Assembly: GCA_048526005.1 (NCBI GenBank)
Contig: DBFVEH010000013.1
Coordinates: 199-64,198 of the forward strand
Origin: Eubacteriales bacterium
GTDB taxonomy: Bacteria; Bacillota; Clostridia; Oscillospirales; CAG-272
DNA length: 64,000 nucleotides
Direction: 5' to 3'
The notes under the pieces were generated by a model, which was not told where the DNA came from, searched no databases, and saw only the letters and a list, made by a program, of their open reading frames with translations. This document shows, piece by piece, positions 38,326-49,201 of this stretch; within the stretch, counting starts at the first letter, position 1, and each line of letters starts with the position of its first letter. The translations under genes and the position numbers were made by a program.

Positions 38326-39000
38326 ATGCGGGTACGAAAACGGAAAAACGGAGAAGCGCGCCGTGCGGCATGCGGCAGCTTGCTTCTCCCTTTTGATAAA
38401 AATGAGCCGGCGAGGATGGAGCCGTCGGCGCTTTTTCCGGATAAAAAGCGGTTTCATCTCGAGATCGGATGCGGCAAGGGCGCTTTTATCACGACGCTTG
38501 CGGGGAAGAATCCGGAGGTCGGCTTTCTTGCGGTGGAGAAGGTGAGCGACGTCATCCTGCTTGCCGCGGAAAAGGCGAGGGGCGCGGCGCTTGAAAACGT
38601 CAGATTTCTGTGCTGTGACGCGGAATATCTCCCCCGTGTGCTTCCGGCGCATTTCGCGGAGCGGATTTATCTGAATTTCTGCGATCCGTGGCCGAAGGCG
38701 CGTCATGCGAAGCGCAGGCTTACGTATCGGGATTCCTTGACGCGAATCGCGGGCCTGCTTGCGCCGGACGGGGTTGTCGCGTTCAAGACGGACAACCGTG
38801 AGCTTTTTGATTTTTCGATTGCGGAATTTGAGGCGGCGGGCTTTTCGCTTCGTTATATCACCTATGATTTGCACGCCAGCGAATGGGCGTGTGACAATAT
38901 TATGACCGAATATGAGCGCAATTTCTCGGAAAAAGGATTCAAAATCAACCGACTGGAGGCCTTTTTGCCGCAATCTGCGGAATTTTCGGAAAATTTTTGA
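38326..39000 (+). CDS. trmB: tRNA (guanine-N7)-methyltransferase
   Basis: HLEIGCGKGAF SAM-binding motif, NFCDPWPK motif, ~224 aa. Confidence 0.9.
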   Translation: MRVRKRKNGEARRAACGSLLLPFDKNEPARMEPSALFPDKKRFHLEIGCGKGAFITTLAGKNPEVGFLAVEKVSDVILLAAEKARGAALENVRFLCCDAEYLPRVLPAHFAERIYLNFCDPWPKARHAKRRLTYRDSLTRIAGLLAPDGVVAFKTDNRELFDFSIAEFEAAGFSLRYITYDLHASEWACDNIMTEYERNFSEKGFKINRLEAFLPQSAEFSENF

Positions 39001-39134
39001 GTGAAAAGAAAAAAAGTCTTGATTTTTTTGAAAAACTATGCTATAATAATCAGCACTGTGTTATGATGCCTCATAAATGGGGAGTATTCTCCGTTTGTTT
39101 GAGATAATCCAAAAAATCGAGGGAGGTGCAGGAT

Positions 39135-39320
39135 ATGGCAAAATGTATGTACTGCGGAAAGGGCGTTACGTTCGGCAACAACGTTTCCCACTCCAACCGC
39201 AAAACCAGCAGAACCTGGAAGCCCAACATCAGAAAGGTCAGTGCCGTTGTGGACGGAACCCATAAGACCGTCACGGTCTGCTCACGTTGTCTGCGTGCAG
39301 GCAAGGTAGAAAGAGCCTGA
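39135..39320 (+). CDS. rpmB: 50S ribosomal protein L28
   Basis: MAKCMYCGKG..GNNVSHSNRKTSRTWKPN; RBS GGGAGG. Confidence 0.95.
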   Translation: MAKCMYCGKGVTFGNNVSHSNRKTSRTWKPNIRKVSAVVDGTHKTVTVCSRCLRAGKVERA

Positions 39321-39344
39321 TTTCAGAGTTTGAGGTCGCATGTC

Positions 39345-39380
39345 GAGTCCTTTCCGAAAGGAAAGGACTTTTGCATTTTT
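39345..39380 (+). terminator. Intrinsic terminator of rpmB
   Basis: Stem GTCCTTTCC/GGAAAGGAC followed by a T-rich tail. Confidence 0.7.
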
Positions 39381-39421
39381 GGATATTGGCTTGTTTGAAT
39401 GAATAGGAGGGAGCGCTTGGC

Positions 39422-40126
39422 ATGGGCCGGTATTATTTCATCAATGAAAATCTGCCGGCTTCGATGGTTTCGGCGCTGTCCGAATACGGCTGCTGTGTGA
39501 GACTGCCGGCTTTCCCGAAGCTTTCCGAGCCTGTCCTGCGGCATCCCGATATGCTGATTGCGGAGGTGGACGGCCGCCTGATCGTTCATCGGCATTATAT
39601 AAAAGGAAGAAAAGTCTTGGATACGCTCGGTATCCCGTATCTGTTATCGGAGGAGGATCCGGGAAATGAATACCCGCGGGATATCACGCTGAACTGCTTT
39701 TCAGCGGGCGGCTTTTTCTTTGCCAATCAGAAGTATGTGTCGCGGACGGCTTTGCATACAGCGAAAAAGACCGGACTTACGCCCGTCCATGTGAAGCAGG
39801 GCTATGCGAAATGCGCCTGTGTTATCGCACATGACGCGGTCGCAACGGCGGATTCGGGGATTTACGCGGCGGCTCTGCGGTACGGACTTCCCGCCTTGAG
39901 GCTGAATCCCGGCGGAATCGGGATCGAGCGGTACGATACCGGCTTTATCGGCGGCGCGTGCGGTCTTGTTGACCGGGACACGCTCGGCTTTTTTGGAAAT
40001 GTGGAGGAGTACGGCCGGTATGATGCGCTCCGCGCTTTTTTTGAACCGCTGGGCGTTCGGCTTTTGAGCCTTGGAGGGGAGGCGCTGTTCGATTACGGCG
40101 GCATGGTCACGGTGGAGATCCCGTAA
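39422..40126 (+). CDS. Conserved-looking hypothetical protein
   Basis: RBS AGGAGGG. Motifs HPDM, QGYAKC and GFIGGACG are faintly reminiscent of the pentein/amidinotransferase fold; this is not a confident assignment. Confidence 0.45.
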   Translation: MGRYYFINENLPASMVSALSEYGCCVRLPAFPKLSEPVLRHPDMLIAEVDGRLIVHRHYIKGRKVLDTLGIPYLLSEEDPGNEYPRDITLNCFSAGGFFFANQKYVSRTALHTAKKTGLTPVHVKQGYAKCACVIAHDAVATADSGIYAAALRYGLPALRLNPGGIGIERYDTGFIGGACGLVDRDTLGFFGNVEEYGRYDALRAFFEPLGVRLLSLGGEALFDYGGMVTVEIP

Positions 40127-40226
40127 GGAAAGGGTATACTGCTTGCCGGCGCTCAAAAAGCAATCCATAGGGGAAAGCCCCCGAAAAAGAATTTCTTTTT
40201 CAGGGGCTTATGATTTTGGGAACGGA

Positions 40227-41660
40227 TCACAGCTCCGTCACATCGTTTTCCCATTCGTCGGAGATCGCTTTGTAGGCTCTCGTATATTCTTTGAATATGC
40301 TGCGGATTTCAAGCAGATGCTCCATGGTGTCCGCCTCAAAGATCAGGACGAGCTCCGGCAGGTTGGACGATGCGCGGACAAGTCCCCAGCCGTGCTCGAA
40401 CTGAACCCGCGCGCCGTTGATATCGCATACGCGGCCGGGATAGGCGGCTTTCAGCTTTTCGACGAGCTCCTCCACGATGCCGTATTTCACAGTGTCGTCG
40501 CAGTGCGCCTTGATCTCGGGCGATACGACGTAATGCGGGAACGAATCTATGATCTCGGAGACGGTTTCCTCTTTGTGAGAAAGAAATTCCACAAGCTTGG
40601 CCGCGACGAATACGGCGTCGTCGAAGCCGTACCAGTCGTCGCCGGAGATGAATATATGTCCGCTGCGTTCGCCGGCAAGCTCCGCATCCAGCTCATGGAG
40701 CTTGGATTTGATATAGGAATGCCCGGTTTTCCACATGACGGGATGTCCGCCGTTCTGCTCGATGACGTCGATAAGCGCCTTGGAGCATTTGACGTCGAAT
40801 ACGACCGTGGCGCCGGGCTTCTTTTCGAGAAGCTGCTTGGCGATGAGCGCGAGGACCATATCGCTCCAAATGTTCTGGCCTTTTTCGTCGATGACGCCGA
40901 TGCGGTCGCCGTCGCCGTCGAAGGAAAGCCCGATATCCGCGTGGATATACGGATGGAGCACCATGTCGTGCAGGCGCTTTCTGCCGGCGACATCCGAGGG
41001 ATTCGGGAAATAATGCGGATAGGAGGTATCGGGGTCGCAGTTGAGCTGGAACGTCATGCAGCCCAGTCTCTGGAATACCTCGTAGATAAAGACGCCCGCG
41101 CCGCCGTTGGCGGCGTCGAGCACGACGCGCAGCTTTTTCGGCCCCATGTGGATTCTCGAAACGATGTCGTCAATGTAGGCGTCGCGCACGTCGACCTCCG
41201 TATAGACGCCCGTATGGGCGCTTTCCGTCGGCTGGTCGAGCAGGGAAAAGACCTCCTTGATATCGTCCGGCTCCAAGGTCTTGGAATAGCCGTTGGCGAG
41301 CTTAAAGCCGGACCAGCCGTCCGGATTGTGGCTTGCCGTGATCATGACCGCGCCCTCGCATTTCAGGTGATACTGCGCGAAATAGGCGAGCGGAGAGAGG
41401 GCGAGCCCGATGTAAAATACGTCGATGCCTTCCTCCAAAAGCGCGTCGACGGCGGATTTTGCAAACGCCGGAGAGCAGGAGCGGTTGTCGTAGCCGACGA
41501 CCGCGCGCATGATCTTTCTGCGGCGCAGATATTTGGAATATGCTTTTACGATCCTGTATACGTTTTCGGGGCAAAGCTCCTCGTCGCATACTCTTCCGCG
41601 GATGTCGTATTCGCGGAACATGCTGCGGAAGGCCTCCGGATATTTGGTATCTGTTATCAT
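40227..41660 (-). CDS. Phosphomannomutase/phosphoglucomutase (alpha-D-phosphohexomutase family)
   Basis: Active-site loop TASHNPDGWSGFK, metal loop FDGDGDR, GERSGH sugar-binding loop. Confidence 0.9.
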   Translation of the reverse strand: MITDTKYPEAFRSMFREYDIRGRVCDEELCPENVYRIVKAYSKYLRRRKIMRAVVGYDNRSCSPAFAKSAVDALLEEGIDVFYIGLALSPLAYFAQYHLKCEGAVMITASHNPDGWSGFKLANGYSKTLEPDDIKEVFSLLDQPTESAHTGVYTEVDVRDAYIDDIVSRIHMGPKKLRVVLDAANGGAGVFIYEVFQRLGCMTFQLNCDPDTSYPHYFPNPSDVAGRKRLHDMVLHPYIHADIGLSFDGDGDRIGVIDEKGQNIWSDMVLALIAKQLLEKKPGATVVFDVKCSKALIDVIEQNGGHPVMWKTGHSYIKSKLHELDAELAGERSGHIFISGDDWYGFDDAVFVAAKLVEFLSHKEETVSEIIDSFPHYVVSPEIKAHCDDTVKYGIVEELVEKLKAAYPGRVCDINGARVQFEHGWGLVRASSNLPELVLIFEADTMEHLLEIRSIFKEYTRAYKAISDEWENDVTEL

Positions 41661-41778
41661 TTTTTACTCCTCCATGCCGTCTGCCGGACGGCGAAAAATT
41701 TCTGCGGAGCCGGGAGCTCCGCGGTGTGCGGAGACGAACCGCTGTCCTTTCGCACACATTATAGTATATGAAAAAGCG

Positions 41779-42519
41779 TTACGCCTCGTCCCAGTTGTGC
41801 CAGACGTTCACGATGTCCTCGTTTTCTTCAAGGTTTTCCAGCAGCAGAGCCATGTGCTTGATATCATCCTCGTTTGTCAGGGTGACATAGGTGGACGGAA
41901 CCTTTTCGATTTCCGAGGAAAGGAACGCATAGCCCTTTTTGGAGAGATCGTCCGCGACGGCGGAGAGATCGTCCGGCTCGCAGTAGATTTCGTAAACGTT
42001 ATCCTCCTCGACAAAATCCGCGGCGCCCGCTTCGAGCGCTTCCTCCATGAGCTTGTCGCCGTCGACGACGCGGTCGCCCCATTCGTCGAGCGCGGATATC
42101 GCGATGACGCCCTTGGTGGAGAACAGGAAGCCGACGCAGCCGACCTGCCCGAGGTTGCCGCCGAATTTGTCGAAATAGTGGCGCACGTCGCCCGCCGTGC
42201 GGTTTCGGTTATCCGTCGCTGCCTCGACGATGACCGCTACGCCGGAGGGGCCGTAGCCCTCGTAGGTGATTTCCTCATAGTCCACGGCGTCCGAGCCGGA
42301 GGCCTTTTTGATGATGCGCTCGATGTTGTCGTTCGGAACGTTGTTGGATTTCGCCTTCTGAATCAGGTCGCGCAGCTTGCCGTTGGAATTCGGGTCTGCG
42401 CCGCCCTCCTTGACGGCGATGGCGATTTCCTTTCCGATCTTTGTGAAGACCTTGGCGCGCTGCGCGTCGGTCTTCTCTTTTTTATGCATAATATTTTTCC
42501 ACTTGCTGTGTCCGGACAT
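41779..42519 (-). CDS. yebC: YebC/PmpR family DNA-binding regulator
   Basis: N-terminus MSGHSKWKNIMHKKEKTDAQRAK; 246 aa. Confidence 0.95.
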   Translation of the reverse strand: MSGHSKWKNIMHKKEKTDAQRAKVFTKIGKEIAIAVKEGGADPNSNGKLRDLIQKAKSNNVPNDNIERIIKKASGSDAVDYEEITYEGYGPSGVAVIVEAATDNRNRTAGDVRHYFDKFGGNLGQVGCVGFLFSTKGVIAISALDEWGDRVVDGDKLMEEALEAGAADFVEEDNVYEIYCEPDDLSAVADDLSKKGYAFLSSEIEKVPSTYVTLTNEDDIKHMALLLENLEENEDIVNVWHNWDEA

Positions 42520-42549
42520 ACAAAACTCCTTATAAAAAGTATTTCGAAT

Positions 42550-44289
42550 CTATATTTTATCGGGATGCTTCATGCAGATAAGCTCCAGCGCGCGTCCGAG
42601 AATATCGTGTACGCCGCGCGTGAGCGTCAGGCGGAATGCACGGAGGTCTTTATCCTCGCAGGAAACGATGGGGCACTCCTGATAGAAGCGGTTGAAGGCG
42701 TTGCAGACATCGATGATATAGCGCGTGACAACGGACGGCTCCATATCGGCGATCGCCGCCGCGGTCTTTTCCGGGAACTGTGCGAGCGTCTTGATGAGCT
42801 CCCTTTCGGTCGGCTCAAGCGAGGCGACTTCGGTCTGTACGGCGAACCCGCCGGCTTTTTCAAGGATGCTGTTCGTTCTCGCATAGGTGTACTGGGCATA
42901 AGGACCGGTATTGCCGTTGAAGTCGAGCGCGTCGTCCATGATAAAATTGATGTCCCGCATACGGTTGCCGAAGAGGTAATAGAAGATGACGGCGCCGATG
43001 CCGACCGCCTCGGCCGTTTCGTCCTTGTTTTCAAGCGACGGATTCTTTTCCTCGATGATGCCGCGGCATTTTTCGGCGGCGGCCGCAAACAGATCGCGCA
43101 GGAGGATGACGTTGCCGGTTCGCGTGGCGAGCTTTTCGCCGCCGATGCTGACCGTGCCGTAGGGCACATGGATGAGCTTATCTGCAAAATCGTAGCCCAT
43201 CAGCTCCACGACCTTGAACCACTGGGCAAAATGGAGCGACTGACCGGCGGAGGTGACATAAATGCACTTGTCGAAATCATAGGTGCGCTTGCGGTAGACC
43301 GCCGCGGCGATATCGCGCGCCGGATACAGCGTCGAGCCGTCGGATTTGAGGATCAGGCACGGTGGCATGTTGTAGGCCGAGAGATCGACGAGCGATGCGC
43401 CGTTATCCAGCTTCAAAAGCCCCTTTTCCCGCAGAAGCTCCACCTGCTCCGGCATTTTGTCGGTGTAGAACGCCTCGCCGTTGTAGCTGTCGAAGGTGAT
43501 GCCGAGCTGACGATACGTTTTTTCATATTCCGCGAGACTGATCTCCTTGAACCATTTCCAAAGCTCGAGATTTTCCTTGTCGCCGTGCTCGAGCTTTGTA
43601 AATTCCGCACGGGAGGCATCCGCAAGGGCGGTTGTGCCCGCTTCTTCCTCCGCTTTGATCTCGTTGTTTATGCGCACATAAAGCGCGACAAGCTCGTCGA
43701 CGCCGCCTTTTTCGACCTGCTCCCTGTCGCCCCACTTGCGATAGGCGACAATGAGCTTCCCGAACTGCGTTCCCCAGTCTCCGAGATGGTTGATGCCCAC
43801 ACAGGTGTAGCCCGCGTATTCATGGAGCAGCTTTAACGAGTGGCCGATGACGGTCGTGCCGAGATGTCCGATGTGAAACGGCTTTGCCACGTTCGGAGAG
43901 GAGTAATCGAGCACGACGGTTTTTCCTTTTCCGAAATCGTGCGCGCCGAAATCGCGTCTTTTTTCGGCGATTTCCCTCAGAACGGTTCCGGAGAGATAGG
44001 CGTCGTCGATGCGGAAATTCAGATATCCGCCGCTGCACGTCACCTCCGATATCCCTTTCGGCGGGAAAAGGGACAGGCGCTCGTAAAGCGCCGCCGCGAT
44101 GGCGGACGGACCCATTCGCAGCGCACGGCTGAGCCGAAAGCACGGGAAAGCGAGATCTCCCATCGAGGTATCGGGCGGGACCTCCAGCACGGACGCGATC
44201 TCGTCGGGAGAAAGCGCGCCGGCGCCGTTCCCTATATCCGCGATGCTGCCGGATATGGCCTCGGCAATATTTTGTTTCAGCTTGTCCAT
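42550..44289 (-). CDS. argS: Arginine--tRNA ligase
   Basis: SSPNVAKPFHIGHL (HIGH motif), class I core, DALR-type C-terminus. Start trimmed to MDKLKQNI with RBS AAAGGAG. Confidence 0.95.
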   Translation of the reverse strand: MDKLKQNIAEAISGSIADIGNGAGALSPDEIASVLEVPPDTSMGDLAFPCFRLSRALRMGPSAIAAALYERLSLFPPKGISEVTCSGGYLNFRIDDAYLSGTVLREIAEKRRDFGAHDFGKGKTVVLDYSSPNVAKPFHIGHLGTTVIGHSLKLLHEYAGYTCVGINHLGDWGTQFGKLIVAYRKWGDREQVEKGGVDELVALYVRINNEIKAEEEAGTTALADASRAEFTKLEHGDKENLELWKWFKEISLAEYEKTYRQLGITFDSYNGEAFYTDKMPEQVELLREKGLLKLDNGASLVDLSAYNMPPCLILKSDGSTLYPARDIAAAVYRKRTYDFDKCIYVTSAGQSLHFAQWFKVVELMGYDFADKLIHVPYGTVSIGGEKLATRTGNVILLRDLFAAAAEKCRGIIEEKNPSLENKDETAEAVGIGAVIFYYLFGNRMRDINFIMDDALDFNGNTGPYAQYTYARTNSILEKAGGFAVQTEVASLEPTERELIKTLAQFPEKTAAAIADMEPSVVTRYIIDVCNAFNRFYQECPIVSCEDKDLRAFRLTLTRGVHDILGRALELICMKHPDKI

Positions 44290-44529
44290 AGCAGATAGCT
44301 CCTTTTTGCGGATTTTTCCGGCATTTGACCGCGCTCGTGCGGAAAAACACCGCTTATGAAAAATAATACACTCTATTATACAACAAAAAGCGGGGCGGCG
44401 CAACAAAAAAATATAAATTTGCGAAAAAAAGAGCGGAAATGCTTGCTTTTTCGGCTGGATATGTCATTTCGCCAAAATTGTTATGGACAGATGAGCATAT
44501 TTTTGTGAAAAGCTGTTCTTTATGTTATG

Positions 44530-44573
44530 TTGACATTTTGCAATCGATGCGGTATAATGTTAGTAACCTAACA
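44530..44573 (+). promoter_or_regulatory. Sigma-A promoter (TTGACA-17-TATAAT) overlapping the inverted repeat TGTTAG-N4-CTAACA (candidate MarR operator)
   Basis: -35 at 44530-44535, -10 at 44553-44558, inverted repeat at 44558-44573; upstream of the second marR-ABC-ABC operon. Confidence 0.5.
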
Positions 44574-44734
44574 ATTTGCGGTGGTTTTTCGCTTGTCATA
44601 AAAGAGCAGAAGCCGTATGACCATGTGTATCAGAGGGTGCTTTTCCCGCTGATACTTTTATATTTTATACTGTTTATGAAAGGAAAAATCCGCCTGAATG
44701 TTGTTTTGTTCATGCCAATCGAGGAAGGGAAGCT

Positions 44735-45199
44735 TTGATAATGGAGGAAGATCGCAGGCTTGGCTTTGAGATCAAAACCTTATCCAATTTGCTCAAAAGG
44801 GAAATCGGGAGTTCCAGGGGCGGAAAGTACGTTGCAAACGCGACCGGAACCAATGGCTTTGTCATAGCATATCTTGCGGAGAATGCAGACCGTGATGTAT
44901 TCCAGCGCGATCTTGAAAGGAAATTTTCCGTGCGCCGCTCTACGATGTCGAACATCATCATGCGCATGGAGAAAAAAGGCTTTCTCATTCGGGTCCCGGT
45001 GGAATACGACGCGAGACTCAAAAAGCTGATCCTGACGGAGAAGGGCTGGGAGATCCACGCTACGATGGAAAGCGCGGGCACAGATGCCGAAAAAAAGCTC
45101 ACCCGCGGTCTTTCGGCGGAGGAAATAGAGTTGCTTTTTTCCCTGCTCGAAAGACTGCGCCGCAACCTTGAGGACGGTAAACGGAACAAAAACGGTTAG
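44735..45199 (+). CDS. MarR family transcriptional regulator
   Basis: Winged-helix region with RSTMSNIIMRMEKKGFLIR..DARLKK; 154 aa. Confidence 0.85.
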   Translation: MIMEEDRRLGFEIKTLSNLLKREIGSSRGGKYVANATGTNGFVIAYLAENADRDVFQRDLERKFSVRRSTMSNIIMRMEKKGFLIRVPVEYDARLKKLILTEKGWEIHATMESAGTDAEKKLTRGLSAEEIELLFSLLERLRRNLEDGKRNKNG

Positions 45200-45274
45200 G
45201 TGTCCCGTATGAGGGTAAATTCTCGGGGGAAAGGAACGTCCGCGCGGTCTGTAGCGGGACGTGACGGGTAAATT

Positions 45275-47023
45275 ATGTTAAAACGACTTGCAAAATGCGT
45301 CAAGGGTTATACGAGAGAAACCGTTTTGACGCCGGTATTCGTATCGTTCGAGGTCATTATCGAGTGCATCATTCCGTTTATTACGGCGAAGCTCGTCAAC
45401 AATATCCAGGATGACTGCGATATGGATACGATTTTAAAATTCGGATGTATCCTGATTGCGCTGGCATTCGCATCGCTTATCTGCGGCGCGCTGTCGGGAC
45501 ATTTCTGTGCCACGGCGACGGCCGGCTTTGCCAAAAACCTGCGCCGCGATCTGTACTATAAGGTACAGGATTTTTCATTTTCCAATATCGACAAATTTTC
45601 GACCTCAAGCCTTGTGACAAGATTGACGACGGACGTGACCAACGTCCAGCAGGCGTTCATGATGATCATTCGAATCGCCGTGAGGGCGCCGCTGATGCTC
45701 ATTTTTGCGCTGACGATGGCGTTTGTCATGAGCGGCCCCATGGCTTTCATCTACGTGGGGATCGTGCCGCTGCTTGCTCTCGGGCTTTTTGCGATCATCC
45801 GTAAGGTCATGCCGATCTTCAAAAAGGTCTTTCATAAATATGATGACCTCAACGAATCCGTCCAGGAGAACATCGAGGGGATCCGCGTCGTGAAATCGTT
45901 CGTGCGCGAGGATTATGAGACCGAGAAGTTCAAAAAGGCGTCGGGCGAGGTGGAGCGCGGCTTCCGAAGCGCGGAGAAGATCCTTGTGCTCAACAATCCC
46001 TTGATGCAGATCGCCTTCAACATGGGTATGCTGCTTGTCAGTCTGTTCGGCACGAGACTGATCGTTTCGACGGGCGGCGAGGCGCTTGGGATCGGAAATT
46101 ATTCCATGCTGCTCGTGTACGGCGTCCAAATGCTTTCCAGCATGATGATGCTGTCGCAGATCTTTGTCATGGTCACCATGGCGGCGGAATCCGCTGCGAG
46201 AATCACGGAGGTGCTAAGCGAGAAAAGCACGATCACCGATTCCGCGTCCCCCGTGTTCGAGGTGCCGGACGGCAGCGTGGATTTTGAAAATGTCAGCTTC
46301 AAGTATTCCGCAGCGGCGGAGAAGAACGCCCTTTCGGAGATCGACCTTCATATCCGCTCCGGGGAAACCATCGGGATCATCGGCGGTACGGGAAGCTCCA
46401 AGACCTCGCTTGTGCAGCTCATTCCGCGTCTTTACGATGTGACGCAGGGCACGGTGAAAGTCGGCGGGGTGGACGTGCGTGACTACGACATCGAGGCGCT
46501 GCGGAACAGCGTATCGATGGTGCTCCAAAAGAACGTGCTGTTTTCCGGTACGATCAAGGAAAATCTCCGCTGGGGCGATGCGGACGCCTCCGACGAGGAG
46601 CTGGTCCGCATTTGCAAGCTCGCCTGCGCGGACGAGTTCATCACGGGGCTGCCGGACGGCTACGATACCTACATAGAACGCGGCGGCACAAACGTATCCG
46701 GCGGCCAGAAGCAGCGGCTCTGTATTGCGCGCGCGCTGCTCAAAAAGCCGAAGATCCTGATCCTCGACGACTCGACCTCCGCCGTCGATACCAAAACGGA
46801 CGCGATGATCCGAAAGGCGTTCCGGGATGAGATCCCGGGTACGACGAAGCTTATCATCGCGCAGCGGATTTCCTCGGTCGAGGATGCCGACCGCATTATC
46901 GTAATGGACGGCGGGCGTATCGACGCCGTCGGAACGCATGAGGAGCTGCTTGCGACCAACGCGATCTACCGCGAGGTATACGAATCTCAAAACAGAGCGG
47001 GAGGTGACGGCGATGAAAAATAA
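45275..47023 (+). CDS. ABC exporter, fused permease/ATPase (heterodimer partner A)
   Basis: Walker A GGTGSSKTS, signature VSGGQKQR, Walker B LILDDSTSAVD. Confidence 0.9.
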   Translation: MLKRLAKCVKGYTRETVLTPVFVSFEVIIECIIPFITAKLVNNIQDDCDMDTILKFGCILIALAFASLICGALSGHFCATATAGFAKNLRRDLYYKVQDFSFSNIDKFSTSSLVTRLTTDVTNVQQAFMMIIRIAVRAPLMLIFALTMAFVMSGPMAFIYVGIVPLLALGLFAIIRKVMPIFKKVFHKYDDLNESVQENIEGIRVVKSFVREDYETEKFKKASGEVERGFRSAEKILVLNNPLMQIAFNMGMLLVSLFGTRLIVSTGGEALGIGNYSMLLVYGVQMLSSMMMLSQIFVMVTMAAESAARITEVLSEKSTITDSASPVFEVPDGSVDFENVSFKYSAAAEKNALSEIDLHIRSGETIGIIGGTGSSKTSLVQLIPRLYDVTQGTVKVGGVDVRDYDIEALRNSVSMVLQKNVLFSGTIKENLRWGDADASDEELVRICKLACADEFITGLPDGYDTYIERGGTNVSGGQKQRLCIARALLKKPKILILDDSTSAVDTKTDAMIRKAFRDEIPGTTKLIIAQRISSVEDADRIIVMDGGRIDAVGTHEELLATNAIYREVYESQNRAGGDGDEK

Positions 47024-48950
47024 AGATGCCAATGTGCCGCGGCCGGCGAAGAAAGGGATCCTGCGCCGGATTTTAAAATTCATGATGAAATACTACAAGG
47101 CGTATCTTGCCGTTGTTTTGATCTGCCTTGTGATAAGTGCCGTCACAAGCTCGATAAGCTCGCTCTTTATCAATCAGTTTATCACCTATATCAACGAGGG
47201 GCTTGAGATTTATGCGGAAAGCGGAAAAGACGCCGCGCTTGCGGTGCTTATGCCGAAGGTGACAAAGGCCGTCCTGTTTTTGGCCTGCATTTATCTTGCC
47301 GGTCTTATCTGCAATTTTACTTATACGAGACTAATGACCTATGTGACGCAGGGCACGCTCAAAAATATCCGAAACACCTTGTTTGCCAATATGCAGAAGC
47401 TTCCCATCAAATATTTCGATACGCATCCGCACGGCGATATCATGAGCTATTATACCAACGATACCGAGACGCTGCGTCAGCTGATTTCGGAGAGCATCCC
47501 GAGCCTGATTTCGTCCGGTCTTATCGTGCTGGTGCTGCTCGGCATCATGCTGTATTTCAGCGTGTGGCTGACGCTTGTCGTGCTGGTCGGCGCTGCGGCG
47601 ATGATCATTGTGACAAAGACCGTCGGCGGCAGAAGCGCCAAGCACTTTGTCAAGCAGCAGCGTTCTCTCGGCGAAGAAGAGGGCTATATCGAGGAAATGA
47701 TGAACGGACAGAAGGTCGTCAAGGTCTTCTGCCATGAGGAAGCCTGCAAAAGGGATTTCGACGCGATCAACGAGCGGCTTTTCCACGACACGAGAGAAGC
47801 GCATAAATTCGCCAATATCCTGATGCCGATCCTCGGCAATATCGGCAATATCCTGTATGTGCTTGTCGTCTTTATCGGCGGTGCGCTCATTGTCGGCGGA
47901 AACGTACAGAATCTTTCGCTCTCAGGCATGGCGTTCGGCGTTGCGATCGTTGTGCCGTTCATCAATATGACGCGGCAGTTCGCCATGAACGTCAACCAAG
48001 CCTCCCAGCACGTCAATTCGATCGCGATGGCGATGGCGGGCGCCTCGAGGATCTTTACGCTGATGGATGAGGTACCGGAGACGGACGAGGGCTACGTCAC
48101 GCTTGTCAATGCCGCTTATGATGAAAACGGCAATATCAAGGAATCCGCCGAGCGGACCGGCATGTGGGCTTGGCGGCATCCCCACACGGCGGACGGCTCC
48201 GTGACCTATACGCCGCTTTGCGGCGACGTACGCATGTTCGACGTGGATTTCGGATATGTGCCCGAAAAAACGGTTCTGCATGACATCACGCTGTACGCGG
48301 AGCCGGGGCAGAAGGTTGCCTTTGTCGGCGCCACCGGCGCGGGAAAGACGACGATCACGAACCTCATTAACCGCTTCTACGACATTGCCGACGGCAAGAT
48401 CCGATATGACGGCATCAACATCAATAAGATCAGAAAAGCGGATCTGCGCCATTCGCTCGGAATCGTTTTGCAGGATACCAATCTTTTCACCGGCACCGTT
48501 ATGGACAACATCCGTTACGGCAAATTGGATGCGACAGATGAGGAGGTCTATGCGGCGGCGAAGCTCGCCAATGCCCACGACTTCATCACGCGGCTCCCGG
48601 AGGGGTATAATACCATGTTAAAGGGCAACGGCGCCAACCTCTCGCAGGGACAGCGTCAGCTGATTTCCATCGCGCGCGCGGCCGTCGCCGACCCGCCGGT
48701 CATGATCCTTGACGAGGCGACCTCGTCGATCGATACCCGAACGGAGGCGCTCGTGCAAAAGGGCATGGATTCGTTGATGAAAGGGCGCACGGTGTTCGTC
48801 ATCGCGCATCGCCTTTCGACCGTGCGCAACTCGGATGTCATCATGGTGCTTGAACACGGACGCATCATCGAGCGCGGCTCGCACGAAAAGCTTATTTCCG
48901 AGAAGGGCAAATATTATCAGCTTTATACGGGCGCTTTTGAGCTTGAATAA
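47013..48950 (+). CDS. ABC exporter, fused permease/ATPase (heterodimer partner B)
   Basis: Walker A GATGAGKTT, signature LSQGQRQ, Walker B MILDEATSSID. The ATG overlaps the upstream gene end. Confidence 0.9.
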   Translation: MKNKDANVPRPAKKGILRRILKFMMKYYKAYLAVVLICLVISAVTSSISSLFINQFITYINEGLEIYAESGKDAALAVLMPKVTKAVLFLACIYLAGLICNFTYTRLMTYVTQGTLKNIRNTLFANMQKLPIKYFDTHPHGDIMSYYTNDTETLRQLISESIPSLISSGLIVLVLLGIMLYFSVWLTLVVLVGAAAMIIVTKTVGGRSAKHFVKQQRSLGEEEGYIEEMMNGQKVVKVFCHEEACKRDFDAINERLFHDTREAHKFANILMPILGNIGNILYVLVVFIGGALIVGGNVQNLSLSGMAFGVAIVVPFINMTRQFAMNVNQASQHVNSIAMAMAGASRIFTLMDEVPETDEGYVTLVNAAYDENGNIKESAERTGMWAWRHPHTADGSVTYTPLCGDVRMFDVDFGYVPEKTVLHDITLYAEPGQKVAFVGATGAGKTTITNLINRFYDIADGKIRYDGININKIRKADLRHSLGIVLQDTNLFTGTVMDNIRYGKLDATDEEVYAAAKLANAHDFITRLPEGYNTMLKGNGANLSQGQRQLISIARAAVADPPVMILDEATSSIDTRTEALVQKGMDSLMKGRTVFVIAHRLSTVRNSDVIMVLEHGRIIERGSHEKLISEKGKYYQLYTGAFELE

Positions 48951-49134
48951 AAAATTGTTTTTCCTTTTGCCTTGGATATCCGATTTTATGTGTAAGCCGT
49001 TCTTCGGGAACGGGGACCCTCATATATCCGATTCAACTATATATAAACAACAAAATATGAATTTAAAAATACAATATAAAAGAAATATATGGTTCATTTT
49101 TGGAATAAATATAAACAAATTTTGCGATATATCA

Positions 49135-49163
49135 TTGACATGGAGTTTTTTGTGTGATATGAT
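49135..49163 (+). promoter_or_regulatory. Putative sigma-A promoter of the polysaccharide cluster
   Basis: TTGACA, 17-nt spacer, TATGAT, with an upstream TG; located in an AT-rich 230-nt gap. Confidence 0.4.
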
Positions 49164-49201
49164 TTAAATGCAAACGTCATATGAATAGGAGTATTTATGT
49201 G